A stretch of DNA of 64,000 nucleotides from Nanobdellota archaeon (GCA_038045265.1 JBBSYL010000010.1:582-64581), one strand, 5' to 3'. Positions 19,629-29,014 are shown, numbered from the stretch's first letter. Program-made: numbers and translations. The notes: generated from the sequence alone by a model not told the origin.

Positions 19629-20002
19629 TAAAAGAAATAAGCCAAAAGGCTTCCTCCCTTTCCTTTTTCTTCAGCAGTACTATTGGTCATAATGCCCTCA
19701 TTTGTTGAAACTACGAGCATTCCAAGGTTTTTTGCTGGAAGATATCTCGAAACATATTTTTCATATTCTTCCGCTTTTACTATAAATCTTGGCTTTACTG
19801 CATTGCACCCATTGAGTTTACCGAACTCTATTGCCAAATTGTTTTTATCTAGAGAATAATTTTTAACATATCCTTTAAGTTTGGCTAGTGCAAGCACTAC
19901 AAGTAAAAGCTTTGAATGTCTCTTTAAAACTAAGCTTGTTTTCCTCGCCTTTTTGGCGTTCATCATCTGGTTTAATGCGTCTGCAAGTATATCTTGGCTC
20001 AT
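19628..20002 (-). CDS. rps8: 30S ribosomal protein S8 (uS8)
   Basis: MSQDILADALNQMMNAKKARK N-terminus. Confidence 0.9.
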   Translation of the reverse strand: MSQDILADALNQMMNAKKARKTSLVLKRHSKLLLVVLALAKLKGYVKNYSLDKNNLAIEFGKLNGCNAVKPRFIVKAEEYEKYVSRYLPAKNLGMLVVSTNEGIMTNSTAEEKGKGGSLLAYFF

Positions 20003-20003
20003 G

Positions 20004-20234
20004 TTAGTTGTATTTTTTGAAACCTATTTCCTCCGCTATTTCTCTGAATGCTTGTCTGCACATATTGATTCCATATTGTTTAATGTGTCCTCCAAACTGT
20101 CCTGTTCTCTGACATCTCCTAAGTGCTTTGCCTGTTGTTCTATCCTTTGGTTTGTTGAATTTCAGAAACTTGGCGGCTTTTGCAGGCTTGTGTTTTATCT
20201 GTTTCAAAATTTTATTCCAATGGCTTGCTGTCAT
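20004..20234 (-). CDS. rps14: 30S ribosomal protein S14 type Z (uS14, zinc-binding)
   Basis: Cys pairs (RRCQRTGQ...CRQAFRE). 76 aa. Confidence 0.85.
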   Translation of the reverse strand: MTASHWNKILKQIKHKPAKAAKFLKFNKPKDRTTGKALRRCQRTGQFGGHIKQYGINMCRQAFREIAEEIGFKKYN

Positions 20235-20235
20235 T

Positions 20236-20757
20236 TTATTCTACTTCAGTCTTAAAGACTTCCCCCATGTAATTTTCGATTTCATTTTTTTGAACTTGTT
20301 GTTTTAAGGCAATATAGCCAGATTTTATTTTTTTTCTTTGAACTCTTAATCCTGGTCTGCAGAAAACAACAGTTACATTTAATCCTCTAATTCCTATATC
20401 TCTCTGATATTCTATGCCTGGTATTTCTATGTATTCTTTTATCCCGAATGAAAAATGATTATCTGCTATTTGTTTTCCTTTAAGTTTATTATCTATTGCT
20501 CCGAGCAATCTTCTTAATAATTCATTTGCTTCTTTGCCTCTAAGAGTTATTCTTGTTCCAACTTCTAAACCAGGCCTAACTCCAAAATCTGGGATCCTTT
20601 TATTTGAAGTAATTATTTGGGCTTTTCTTTTTGTTAACAATTCAAGAAGTTTTTTTGCTTTCTGGAGGTCATCCCCTACTGCGCCTGCGCTTACAACTAC
20701 TTTTTCCATTTTTATTTTTCTCATTGGATTTTCTTTCATTTGCATTTGTGCTTTCAT
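20236..20757 (-). CDS. rpl5: 50S ribosomal protein L5 (uL5)
   Basis: Conserved uL5 sequence and position. Confidence 0.9.
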   Translation of the reverse strand: MKAQMQMKENPMRKIKMEKVVVSAGAVGDDLQKAKKLLELLTKRKAQIITSNKRIPDFGVRPGLEVGTRITLRGKEANELLRRLLGAIDNKLKGKQIADNHFSFGIKEYIEIPGIEYQRDIGIRGLNVTVVFCRPGLRVQRKKIKSGYIALKQQVQKNEIENYMGEVFKTEVE

Positions 20758-21371
20758 TGTACTATAATACTCCTCATTGGAAGAGATTTTATCTCCTTGT
20801 CTATCTTTAAAACTATTAAATTTTCTTTTTTAGATTCTATTGTGCCATGCTTGCCCGCGTACTTACCTGAAAATACGAAAGCCTTTGCTCCTTTTTCGCA
20901 TGCAACGTGGGATTTTATATTTCCGTTCTTATCAAGATATACTGAATCTCCTACCCCTATTTTTTTGTCTGAAATTACGTTCGAACCGTCGTGTAAGTTG
21001 AGTTGAATTCTTCCTTTAGAAATAAGTTTTTTATTAATAACCTTGCAAATTCTTTCTTCTGCATTTGTTTCTTTTAATGAGAATTTTTTTGTTGGCTCAA
21101 CTGAGAGAACATATTTTTTATCAGCTTCAAAAATATTAAAAAGTTTTATACTTTCTTTGAAGTCTTTAACTTCCCCATGGTTTATCTTGAGTAGTTTTCT
21201 ATGAATCATGCTTTTTACTTCTCTTGCTGTGCCTGCAAGTTTGAGCATATCCCTTACTGCGAGAACAACTGGGACTGCATTATTGACATCTGATGATGCT
21301 CTTGCTATATATTTCGTTCCCTTTCTCTTGATTGGTATAAATGTTGAAACTTCTTGTCTTGTCTGATGCAT
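20754..21371 (-). CDS. rps4e: 30S ribosomal protein S4e
   Basis: Position between L24 and L5. S4e-like sequence. Confidence 0.9.
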   Translation of the reverse strand: MHQTRQEVSTFIPIKRKGTKYIARASSDVNNAVPVVLAVRDMLKLAGTAREVKSMIHRKLLKINHGEVKDFKESIKLFNIFEADKKYVLSVEPTKKFSLKETNAEERICKVINKKLISKGRIQLNLHDGSNVISDKKIGVGDSVYLDKNGNIKSHVACEKGAKAFVFSGKYAGKHGTIESKKENLIVLKIDKEIKSLPMRSIIVQ

Positions 21372-21372
21372 T

Positions 21373-21786
21373 TTATTTCTCCTTCTTGTTTGACTTTGCT
21401 TCCACAGATTTTCTGTTCAATGCTACAAGGCGTTGTCTGTCTGACTCGTTCAAAGAAATTATTTGAAGAGCTCTTGGATTGAAAGGAACACTAACTTTAG
21501 TACCGTCTCTCTTTGAAACTTGCAGTCCTTCAATGTTAACAAATGAGCGCTTGAGATTAACAGAAATTACTTTGGCTTGCTTCTTTTTGAAGCGACCGCG
21601 CATAACAAGCACTTCATCCCCTTCTCTGAGGGGAAGATTCCTCTTGCCATACTTTTGTCTTAATAATTTTGACAAATGAGAGCTTAAAAACTTATGCCTT
21701 GTATGCAATGGTGCATTATGTCTAAACTTATGCTGTTTTCTCGGCTGAATGCTTGACTTCCAAGATGTTGAGAATTTGGATTTCAT
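21373..21786 (-). CDS. rpl24: 50S ribosomal protein L24 (uL24)
   Basis: KOW motif region GDEVLVMRGRFKKKQAKV. Confidence 0.85.
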   Translation of the reverse strand: MKSKFSTSWKSSIQPRKQHKFRHNAPLHTRHKFLSSHLSKLLRQKYGKRNLPLREGDEVLVMRGRFKKKQAKVISVNLKRSFVNIEGLQVSKRDGTKVSVPFNPRALQIISLNESDRQRLVALNRKSVEAKSNKKEK

Positions 21787-22142
21787 TTTCTTACCCTCAT
21801 TGCATCTGCCAATCTTGTCATTGCAGTTTCATAGGTTCTTCCAACATGTGATTGTAATGGATCATTTATTTTTTTTGCAATTGTGCCTGCCCAAATCCAA
21901 TTATAAAGAGGAGAAATATATCTGAGTAATAATCCTCTAATTTCTTCAGCACACTCCACTGCCCTAATTGGATCTTCTCTATTCACTGCTTTTACTCCTT
22001 CTTCTGAACAATATCTCATTAATACTAAACCATCCAATAACAGACAAAATCTTTCGCTAGTTACCCCACTATTCATTACTCTAACTACTCTCTGTCTTTG
22101 TTCTTCTAGCTCCGCAGGTAATTGAATTCCACTCATCATAGT
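21783..22142 (-). CDS. hypothetical helical protein inserted between rpl14 and rpl24
   Basis: Non-low-complexity ORF exactly filling the 350-bp gap between two genes that are normally adjacent. Likely start MMSGIQ immediately after the rpl14 stop. Appears more GC-rich than neighbours by eye. Confidence 0.4.
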   Translation of the reverse strand, partial: TMMSGIQLPAELEEQRQRVVRVMNSGVTSERFCLLLDGLVLMRYCSEEGVKAVNREDPIRAVECAEEIRGLLLRYISPLYNWIWAGTIAKKINDPLQSHVGRTYETAMTRLADAMRVRK

Positions 22143-22537
22143 ACGTATTGTGCGATTTTCGCAACCTCTTTCCATCTTTCCATAACTTCCCTTGCTACTG
22201 GGCCTTTAATGAATGTTCCTTTTGGATTTCCTTTTTCATCTTTTAATAATGCACAAGCATTGTCCTCAAAGCAAACTCTTTCTCCAGTATTTCTTTTGTA
22301 AGGTTTTCTTTGTCTTATTACAATAGCTTCAAACACCTTCCCTTTCATATCTGGTTTTCCTGCTCTTACTGAAACTTTTACAAGGTCTCCAACTTTTGCA
22401 AATTGCTGTCTTCCTTTTGTGACCTTTCCATGCTTTACGCCTGCAATTCTAACAATTCTAGCTCCGGAATTGTCTGAAGCGAGCAAAGAACTTCCCACAT
22501 TTAAACCTCTAGTTACTCTAGCTGATACTGCTTTCAT
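22136..22537 (-). CDS. rpl14: 50S ribosomal protein L14 (uL14)
   Basis: Highly conserved uL14 sequence. Confidence 0.95.
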   Translation of the reverse strand: MKAVSARVTRGLNVGSSLLASDNSGARIVRIAGVKHGKVTKGRQQFAKVGDLVKVSVRAGKPDMKGKVFEAIVIRQRKPYKRNTGERVCFEDNACALLKDEKGNPKGTFIKGPVAREVMERWKEVAKIAQYVL

Positions 22538-22902
22538 TTCTTTTCCTCCAAATTCGTAGAACGAATCTTTTCAATTACAATTGCGTGAATTATCTTACTT
22601 AAAGGTCTGCATTCCTGAACTCTAACATAGTCTCCTACTTCGATATTTATTCCTGAAGGAAGGCGAGCATGAATTTTTGTTTTCTTTTTGTAAAATCTTT
22701 CATATTTTCTAATTTTAACTGTTCTTTCAAATTCTATAACTACTCTTCCTGTAAATTTTTTGACAACTATGCCCTCAAATATTCTTCCTCTTGATGGAAC
22801 TCTTTCTAAGGCTCCAACTATCGATTTAGCTTCTTCTTTCTTTACTTTTATTTTATTTTTTGTTTCCATGTTAATCTGAAATTGAGTTGTCGGCGAATCC
22901 AA
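22534..22902 (-). CDS. rps17: 30S ribosomal protein S17 (uS17)
   Basis: uS17 OB-fold sequence and position. Confidence 0.85.
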   Translation of the reverse strand: MDSPTTQFQINMETKNKIKVKKEEAKSIVGALERVPSRGRIFEGIVVKKFTGRVVIEFERTVKIRKYERFYKKKTKIHARLPSGINIEVGDYVRVQECRPLSKIIHAIVIEKIRSTNLEEKK

Positions 22903-23179
22903 GTTTTACAAGCCAGAGCCTTACTCTTCTCTTGTGGTCCCCCTGAAGTTCGATTATCCCGTCTTTGACTGTGCCTCCGCAAGCAAGCCCTTCCTTAAGT
23001 TTTTTTGCTGTTTCCTTAAGGTCTACTGTTTTATCGAAACCTGAAACAAGGGTGATTATTTTGCCGTAACGCCTTGACACCTTTGAAACAGTGATTTTTT
23101 GGTCGCTTTTAGCAATCTCTTCGAACACATCGCCTTGCGTCGGGAGGTTGGGTATCTTAAATTCTGAATCGTCTGTCAT
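22871..23179 (-). CDS. sui1: translation initiation factor SUI1 (aIF1/eIF1 family)
   Basis: GKIITLVSGF...LKEGLACGGTV...IELQGDHKRRV matches the SUI1 fold consensus. Between L29 and S17. Confidence 0.8.
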   Translation of the reverse strand: MTDDSEFKIPNLPTQGDVFEEIAKSDQKITVSKVSRRYGKIITLVSGFDKTVDLKETAKKLKEGLACGGTVKDGIIELQGDHKRRVRLWLVKLGFADNSISD

Positions 23180-23385
23180 TATCTTTTAGCCGCCACCTCC
23201 GATCGTTTTGGTTTGTTCATGAACGTTAGTATGCGCGCAACTGCCCTTTTAATCTCTTTGGTTTTTGCTTTGGCTTTATTAGCAGTTACTCCAGATTTTG
23301 TAAGCTCAAACTTCAAGTCTTTCATTTTCTGTTGCAAATCCGCATCAGGCATTTTTTCTATATCTTTAAATTTCAAGAGAGTCAT
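23179..23385 (-). CDS. rpl29: 50S ribosomal protein L29 (uL29)
   Basis: 68-aa helical protein in the conserved position after S3. Confidence 0.8.
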   Translation of the reverse strand: MTLLKFKDIEKMPDADLQQKMKDLKFELTKSGVTANKAKAKTKEIKRAVARILTFMNKPKRSEVAAKR

Positions 23386-24089
23386 TATGCTGTATCCTCC
23401 TTTGATTTCTTCCCTTTCTTAATTTTTTTCTTAACAGGTTCTTCTTTTGAAATATTTTCTTGTGCGGCAAATCTTGCTTTAAGTCCTTCTACAAGCTTTG
23501 AATCTACAACTATTCTGTCATGTATATGTGCATTAGGTGGTAATATTCTTACTTTTATTCCAACAACTCCTAGAATAGTAACTGCTTGAGATATCGCACT
23601 ATCGACAACTTTTGCTGGATCTCCTGTTTTCTTGAGATATCCTTGCGCGAATCTCCAACTCTTTGCCCTGTCACTTGGAAGTTTTCCTGAAAGAACTATT
23701 TCTGCACCGAGAGCTCCTGAGTTCATTATTTCCTGAAGCATCTTATAGGCAATCACTTTAAATTTCAGAGATCCTTGTCTTTCTAGATTTATTGCTATTT
23801 CATCGGCAACAAGTTGTGCGTCAAGCCTTGGTTGCGTTATTTCAAAGATATCTATATGTGGATTATCAAGGTTGAATCTCTTTTTTAGGACTCTTGTAAG
23901 CTCTTCTATTTTCTCTCCCTTCCTTCCTATAACTAAACCTGGTTTTGAAGTAGAAATAACAATTTTTTCTCCTATTGGGGTGTATTCTACTGAAACTCCA
24001 GAAATTCTGCCTTTACCAAGTTCATGCTTTATGTACTCTTTCACTCCCAATTCTCCTTTCTTAAACTGAACAAATTTTTTCTCATCCAT
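23385..24089 (-). CDS. rps3: 30S ribosomal protein S3 (uS3) with K-rich C-terminal tail
   Basis: KH domain and uS3 C-terminal domain. Confidence 0.9.
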   Translation of the reverse strand: MDEKKFVQFKKGELGVKEYIKHELGKGRISGVSVEYTPIGEKIVISTSKPGLVIGRKGEKIEELTRVLKKRFNLDNPHIDIFEITQPRLDAQLVADEIAINLERQGSLKFKVIAYKMLQEIMNSGALGAEIVLSGKLPSDRAKSWRFAQGYLKKTGDPAKVVDSAISQAVTILGVVGIKVRILPPNAHIHDRIVVDSKLVEGLKARFAAQENISKEEPVKKKIKKGKKSKEDTA

Positions 24090-24682
24090 TATTTTTTAAC
24101 TCCTGTAAATTCTTTAGCTTTAAGAATGACGTGCGTTCTTTTAAATCGTCCGCCCGCACCTCTTCTTGGTCTTGATGCCCAGCTTGCAGATGCAAAATAA
24201 ATTCTTGTCTTATCCAAATCTAGGCCATTGGCGATTACATTTCCTTTAAGGCCCTTAAGAACATTTATCATCATTGCTGAAACTTTTACAGGGTATCTTC
24301 CAGACATTATCTTTCCTTTTCTATGTGGTATTTCTCCCTTGAAAGGAATAGGCCTCTTAAACATTAAAACTTCCTCGAGGTTTTCTATAGCTGTATCTAT
24401 ACTCTTTCCTTTTATGAAAGAACAGATATACATGCAGTGCTTCTTTGAAGCTCTTAAACTCATCCCGCGAGCAACCGCTTCTTCCTTTTTCTTCTTTACT
24501 TCTTTCTTTTCTTCTTTTTTTGTTTCTTTCTTATCTTCTACATGCTTATTTTCGTGTTTATTTTTATCATTGGAATCTTTTGTTAATCCATCTTTGAGAT
24601 TATTATTCTTCATTGAATTTTTTATTCCATCAACTAATTCTTTCTTATCTTCTAGCTTTTGTTTTTTGCTTTCTTCAGCCAT
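24089..24682 (-). CDS. rpl22: 50S ribosomal protein L22 (uL22) with ~70-aa K/E-rich N-terminal extension
   Basis: C-terminal 125 aa are uL22-like. The N-terminus is low-complexity. Confidence 0.85.
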   Translation of the reverse strand: MAEESKKQKLEDKKELVDGIKNSMKNNNLKDGLTKDSNDKNKHENKHVEDKKETKKEEKKEVKKKKEEAVARGMSLRASKKHCMYICSFIKGKSIDTAIENLEEVLMFKRPIPFKGEIPHRKGKIMSGRYPVKVSAMMINVLKGLKGNVIANGLDLDKTRIYFASASWASRPRRGAGGRFKRTHVILKAKEFTGVKK

Positions 24683-25086
24683 TATTTTTTAACTCCTTTT
24701 GTTCCTTTAGTAGCTCCAATGCCTGCTGTACCGTGATTAACCTTTGAGCAAGTGTGCGAAAATTCTCCAAGTCTATGACCGACCATTGCAGCTTTTATTT
24801 CTATTTCCTCGAATACTTTTCCGTTGTGAATTCCTATTCTCATACCAACAAGTCTTGGAACTATTACTATATCTCTCAAATGTGTTCTTATTTTTTTATT
24901 GTTTGAAACTGCTGCTTCACATCTTCTTACAAAATTTTCTATCTTCTGAAAGTTTCTAAGGACAAATCTTCTTGGTCTTGATTTCAGATATTTTGCAAAC
25001 TCTCTTACGTCAAGATTCTTCAAATCTTCAAGATTAACTCCTCTGTAAAATACTTCCTTTGACCTAATTATTACTTGCTCAACCAT
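24682..25086 (-). CDS. rps19: 30S ribosomal protein S19 (uS19)
   Basis: Conserved uS19 sequence. Confidence 0.9.
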   Translation of the reverse strand: MVEQVIIRSKEVFYRGVNLEDLKNLDVREFAKYLKSRPRRFVLRNFQKIENFVRRCEAAVSNNKKIRTHLRDIVIVPRLVGMRIGIHNGKVFEEIEIKAAMVGHRLGEFSHTCSKVNHGTAGIGATKGTKGVKK

Positions 25087-25787
25087 TATTTTTTCTCCCG
25101 ACCAGTTCTTCTTGGCCTTATATGTCCTACTCTTGCTCCAGGAGGCGCATTTCTCTTGGCAATCTTAGGTTTAATTCTCTTACCTCTGCCTGAACCGAAT
25201 GGATGATCTATCGCATTCATCTTGACTGCAGATGTTCTCGGCCATAATTTATTTCTTGCCTTCATCTTGTACCACATCTTTCCAGCTTTAATAAATGGTT
25301 TCAGTAATCTCCCTTCTCCTGCAATAATTCCTACTGTGGCTCTGCAATCTCCAGAAATCTTAATTTCTTTTTTGCTTGGCATTAGAATTCCCACCTTGTT
25401 ATGGTCATATTTTTTATTGACTGTTGCATTTGAGCCGGCAGTTCTCATCATCTTTCCGCCGTCTCCAGGATTTATTTCTATATTATATACTTCTGTTCCA
25501 ACTGGAATATCTTTCAACATCATTATATTACCTATCTTCATGTCTCTAGAATTCACAAATATTTCTTGTCCAACTACTGCTCCAGAAAATGCAGGATTAT
25601 AAAAAATTTCATTCCCAATCATTATCTTAAGAAGTGGCGCTGTGTGGCCTGCTGAGTGAATTAATTCTATGATGCGTGCTTTTCCTTCATTTGTAGGATA
25701 TTTTATCTTATGCTGGAATGCTTTTTTTCTGACTCTATAAGTAAGCGAACCATGCCCTCTTGCCTGTGATATAATTCTCTTACCCAT
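25086..25787 (-). CDS. rpl2: 50S ribosomal protein L2 (uL2)
   Basis: Highly conserved uL2. Confidence 0.95.
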   Translation of the reverse strand: MGKRIISQARGHGSLTYRVRKKAFQHKIKYPTNEGKARIIELIHSAGHTAPLLKIMIGNEIFYNPAFSGAVVGQEIFVNSRDMKIGNIMMLKDIPVGTEVYNIEINPGDGGKMMRTAGSNATVNKKYDHNKVGILMPSKKEIKISGDCRATVGIIAGEGRLLKPFIKAGKMWYKMKARNKLWPRTSAVKMNAIDHPFGSGRGKRIKPKIAKRNAPPGARVGHIRPRRTGREKK

Positions 25788-25788
25788 T

Positions 25789-26043
25789 TTACATCATTCC
25801 TAATTTAGTTGCGACATCAATCGCAGGATATTTTTTAGTTAATTTGACGTATGTAAATTTTTTATTTTTCTTTATTAAAGTCCTTATCTTTTCAACTTTT
25901 ACTGAAAAGGTTTCTTCTACTTCTTTTTGTATTTCTGGCTTGGAAGAATTTCTTGAAGTTTCAAACAGCAAAGTATTCTCGATATCAATAAGTTTAACTG
26001 CCTTTTCTGATGTTATTGGCTTAAGCATTTTTCTCCTCCGCAA
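25789..26043 (-). CDS. rpl23: 50S ribosomal protein L23 (uL23)
   Basis: Position and sequence. Confidence 0.85.
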   Translation of the reverse strand: MRRRKMLKPITSEKAVKLIDIENTLLFETSRNSSKPEIQKEVEETFSVKVEKIRTLIKKNKKFTYVKLTKKYPAIDVATKLGMM

Positions 26044-26797
26044 TTTCTTCCATTGCTTTTTTAGTATAAAGAGTTAGTCTACCTAAAGGATAAAGATCTG
26101 AAATGAGGAGATCTGAATATGTTTTAACTTCGAATCCTTTCGCATTGACTTTTTCATCCTCTCCGGTTACTATTAAAAGTCCTGCATTGCTCTTATATTT
26201 CCTGCCCCTATTTTTGCCTTTTCCAGGTCTGACCTGTTTACTCTTTATCAAAAGTGAAAATGCCTCTCCAAACATTAATTTTACGGCTTCAATTACATTT
26301 TTAGTCTTTGCAGGGATTGATTCGATAACTTGAGAATGTGCTGGAACGTTTAGTGTAGAATATCTTTTTGCTATGTATTCTTTATTGAAAGTCGAAGCCA
26401 ATGCAGAATTCACGGCAATTACTATTTCTTTCTTGTTTATTTTTCTAATTGCATAAAGTCTCTTTGGAGGATGGGCCATTCTTCCGCCTCTTGCCTGTGA
26501 AACTTCTGCTCCAATCCAATGAAACTGAGTTCCGCGTCTCCACATTGTTTTTCTTGGAAGTCTTGCCATTCCTTTTCCATAATGTCCTTTCCACTCTTTT
26601 CTCTTATGACTTATCGTTCCAGAAGCCGAATGTCTTTTTCCTCCTTCTGGGGAAGGACCATAGACTTGTCTTTCCGAGAATTTTGCTACTTCAAAGAATT
26701 TTGCGACCATATCTTCTCTTATCTTACTGTCGAATAATGCGGGAAGAGAGAATTCAGATTTTTTCTTTCCTGATGAATCATATAATATTGCTTTCAT
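26021..26797 (-). CDS. rpl4: 50S ribosomal protein L4 (uL4)
   Basis: Position and sequence. Confidence 0.85.
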   Translation of the reverse strand: MKAILYDSSGKKKSEFSLPALFDSKIREDMVAKFFEVAKFSERQVYGPSPEGGKRHSASGTISHKRKEWKGHYGKGMARLPRKTMWRRGTQFHWIGAEVSQARGGRMAHPPKRLYAIRKINKKEIVIAVNSALASTFNKEYIAKRYSTLNVPAHSQVIESIPAKTKNVIEAVKLMFGEAFSLLIKSKQVRPGKGKNRGRKYKSNAGLLIVTGEDEKVNAKGFEVKTYSDLLISDLYPLGRLTLYTKKAMEEIAEEKNA

Positions 26798-27735
26798 GCT
26801 AATATCCCCTGAAATTCGTATTTCTTTCTTATTTGCTTTTTAGTTGGTCTGAAAGAGGGAGTAATAAGAATTTGTCTTTTCACAGGGCCCTGAACGCTAC
26901 CACCAAGAAGAATATAAGATGTTTTTATTTTTCCATAATTCTTGAAACCTTGTTCTCTGTTAATATCTTTTTCTGCTATCGTCCCCGAATGGATAAGTTT
27001 TAGATTATTTGTTATTCTTGTGAAAAACCCATACTGACCAGCCATAGGTGTTCTGAAAGTTACACGTGCAGGATGCCAAGGAGCAAGAGAGCCTGGTCGT
27101 CTTCTACCCTTCTCAGATTTATGTTGTTTAAGAGTTATTCCAAATCTTCTTACTGCTCCTGTAAATCCATAACCTGTTGTTAAACCTCTAGTATCAACAA
27201 GAGGAGAATTTGCAAAATCTTTTATAGTTATTTCCTTTCCTATAAGAGACTTAAGAAATTCAAATTTATTGTCCGCAGAAATTGCAACTTCTGAAATGTC
27301 TGGTGTCTTTTTAATAGCTGTTGAATTTGCTAGAGAGTATACTACTGCTCTAACATCTTCGTAAGAAATAGGCGCTTCTATTTTTTGAGGGCTTTTAGGC
27401 AACTTTAGTTTTTTCTTTAATTCTTTGTCTGATGAAACAATTATATCTTTGACAACCACTCCATGATTATAAAACCTTATAGAAAGAAGTTTCATTGAAG
27501 GCACCTCGAGAATGGTTACAGGAATATGAATTAACTTATTTTGAGTCATTGATTTATCTGTTAGGTCCTTGACAAGGGCAGTTGCCATAGCTGCTTTGTA
27601 GGTAATAAAACCAAGAAGATTATTTTTATCCTTGACAGATATTGTTTTCCAATTAACTCGAGGTAAGAACTTTCTAGCTCTTGATCTCGGCCAGTATTGC
27701 AGGCTTCCCTTTCTTGGTCTTGATAGTCTTGCCAT
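26794..27735 (-). CDS. rpl3: 50S ribosomal protein L3 (uL3)
   Basis: First gene of the cluster. uL3-like sequence. Confidence 0.9.
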   Translation of the reverse strand: MARLSRPRKGSLQYWPRSRARKFLPRVNWKTISVKDKNNLLGFITYKAAMATALVKDLTDKSMTQNKLIHIPVTILEVPSMKLLSIRFYNHGVVVKDIIVSSDKELKKKLKLPKSPQKIEAPISYEDVRAVVYSLANSTAIKKTPDISEVAISADNKFEFLKSLIGKEITIKDFANSPLVDTRGLTTGYGFTGAVRRFGITLKQHKSEKGRRRPGSLAPWHPARVTFRTPMAGQYGFFTRITNNLKLIHSGTIAEKDINREQGFKNYGKIKTSYILLGGSVQGPVKRQILITPSFRPTKKQIRKKYEFQGILA

Positions 27736-27896
27736 TAATTGATTTTTCTGTCAGTATTTTATATTTCATCTCAAAAGTAGTGCAACTCCCTACACTGTGT
27801 AGTTGAACAATTGTGTTATCAGCACCTTGTTCGGTATTAATTAGATTCTGATAATTCAATGATTTGGGGGGTATTTAAAGCTTTTGTGGGAAAATT

Positions 27897-27906
27897 TATA
27901 TAGGAA
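27897..27906 (+). promoter_or_regulatory. TATA-like box (aatttatata) ~20 bp upstream of the 27924 ATG, suggesting a leaderless transcript
   Basis: Seen in the divergent intergenic region between rpl3 and the 27924 ORF. Confidence 0.25.
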
Positions 27907-27923
27907 AATGATGTAAACAATTC

Positions 27924-28172
27924 ATGAGTGAACAGGATTTAGTCAGTGAAATGAAAAGATTCGAGGAAGACAGCAAATGGCTACGTGATAATGAAAATAT
28001 TCTCAGAATTAAAGGTTTATCTGGAAAGTTTGTAGCTGTTAAAAATAAGCAAATAATCGCATCCAATAAAGATGTGAATATATTGGTAAAATATGTTGAA
28101 GAAAAAGGGGAGAATCCTGCCTGTCTGGTAATAGAATTTGTTTATCCTGAAGGTACAGTAATTTTATTGTGA
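27924..28172 (+). CDS. small DUF5678-like protein (putative partner/regulator of the downstream protease)
   Basis: 82 aa with GKFVAVKNKQIIASNKD motif. Its stop overlaps the downstream start (ATGA). Confidence 0.4.
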   Translation: MSEQDLVSEMKRFEEDSKWLRDNENILRIKGLSGKFVAVKNKQIIASNKDVNILVKYVEEKGENPACLVIEFVYPEGTVILL

Positions 28173-28597
28173 TGAGAATTCCAGTTAGTGTTGAATTTTT
28201 TGGAGGAGGTATCAGACCTATGATGGATATGTCAATTAGGTGTGAAGATCCAAAGTTATTCGGATTAATAAGAGCAGTTATAGATACTGGTAGCCCTACA
28301 ACAATATTGGGAAATGCTGATGTCCAGAAGATGAGAATATCTCAGGTACAGATGGGTAAACTAATGGGTGAAGAAAAAGAAGTTAATCTTGGAGGAGCAC
28401 AGATAAGAACAAGAATACTTCCGAATGTAGAAATAAGTGTTGGAGGGTCCAAAGTTATAATTCCTGTCCAAGTTCCTGTCAAAGTAAACAAGGGTGTTCC
28501 GCCACCCACAATTTTAGGAATAGACTTTTTGGTTGCAGGTAAATTTGAATTTGTTTTTAATGCTTACAAGAGGGAAAGTTATTTGGAGAAGGAGTGA
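28169..28597 (+). CDS. retropepsin-like (clan AA) aspartic protease
   Basis: VIDTGSPTTILG (D-T/S-G catalytic motif) plus C-terminal ILGIDFL dimerisation-like motif. 142 aa. Confidence 0.6.
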   Translation: MMRIPVSVEFFGGGIRPMMDMSIRCEDPKLFGLIRAVIDTGSPTTILGNADVQKMRISQVQMGKLMGEEKEVNLGGAQIRTRILPNVEISVGGSKVIIPVQVPVKVNKGVPPPTILGIDFLVAGKFEFVFNAYKRESYLEKE

Positions 28598-28810
28598 ATT
28601 AATTATTAAATTTTATTATCTCCTTGAATTCTTCTAAACTAATTGCTCTACCACCATTTGCATTAACTCTTGATTTTCCTTAAATTTATTGTATCTTTCT
28701 ACTAATTTATTTATGCCTTCCTTGATTTGTTCTTTATCCAGCATAATAAACTTGAGAATGCGACGTATAAAAAGTTATCTCACTGCATTAGAAAATCAAA
28801 ATAGATTATA

Positions 28811-29008
28811 TTATTCAAATTCTCTTATAACCTCATTGAATTCTTCTTCTGATAATTTTCTTCCAAGCTTTTCTTCTTTTTCAATAATTGTCTGACAGAC
28901 TATACAGGGCTGTATTGCCGTAAAATTTACGTTGCAAATATTACATTTAGACAAATCTCCTTTGATGTTTTTTTCCAATATAATTATTCTATTTAATTCA
29001 CAATCCAT
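28811..29008 (-). CDS. small zinc-ribbon protein
   Basis: 65 aa with CNICN...CIVC Cys pairs. Directly downstream of the 734-aa secreted protein. Confidence 0.3.
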   Translation of the reverse strand: MDCELNRIIILEKNIKGDLSKCNICNVNFTAIQPCIVCQTIIEKEEKLGRKLSEEEFNEVIREFE

Positions 29009-29014
29009 GCAATT

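Noticed and set aside
27674-27859. 61-aa minus-strand ORF upstream of rpl3
   Set aside because: It overlaps the rpl3 start and promoter region and has no conserved features. It is probably 5' leader.
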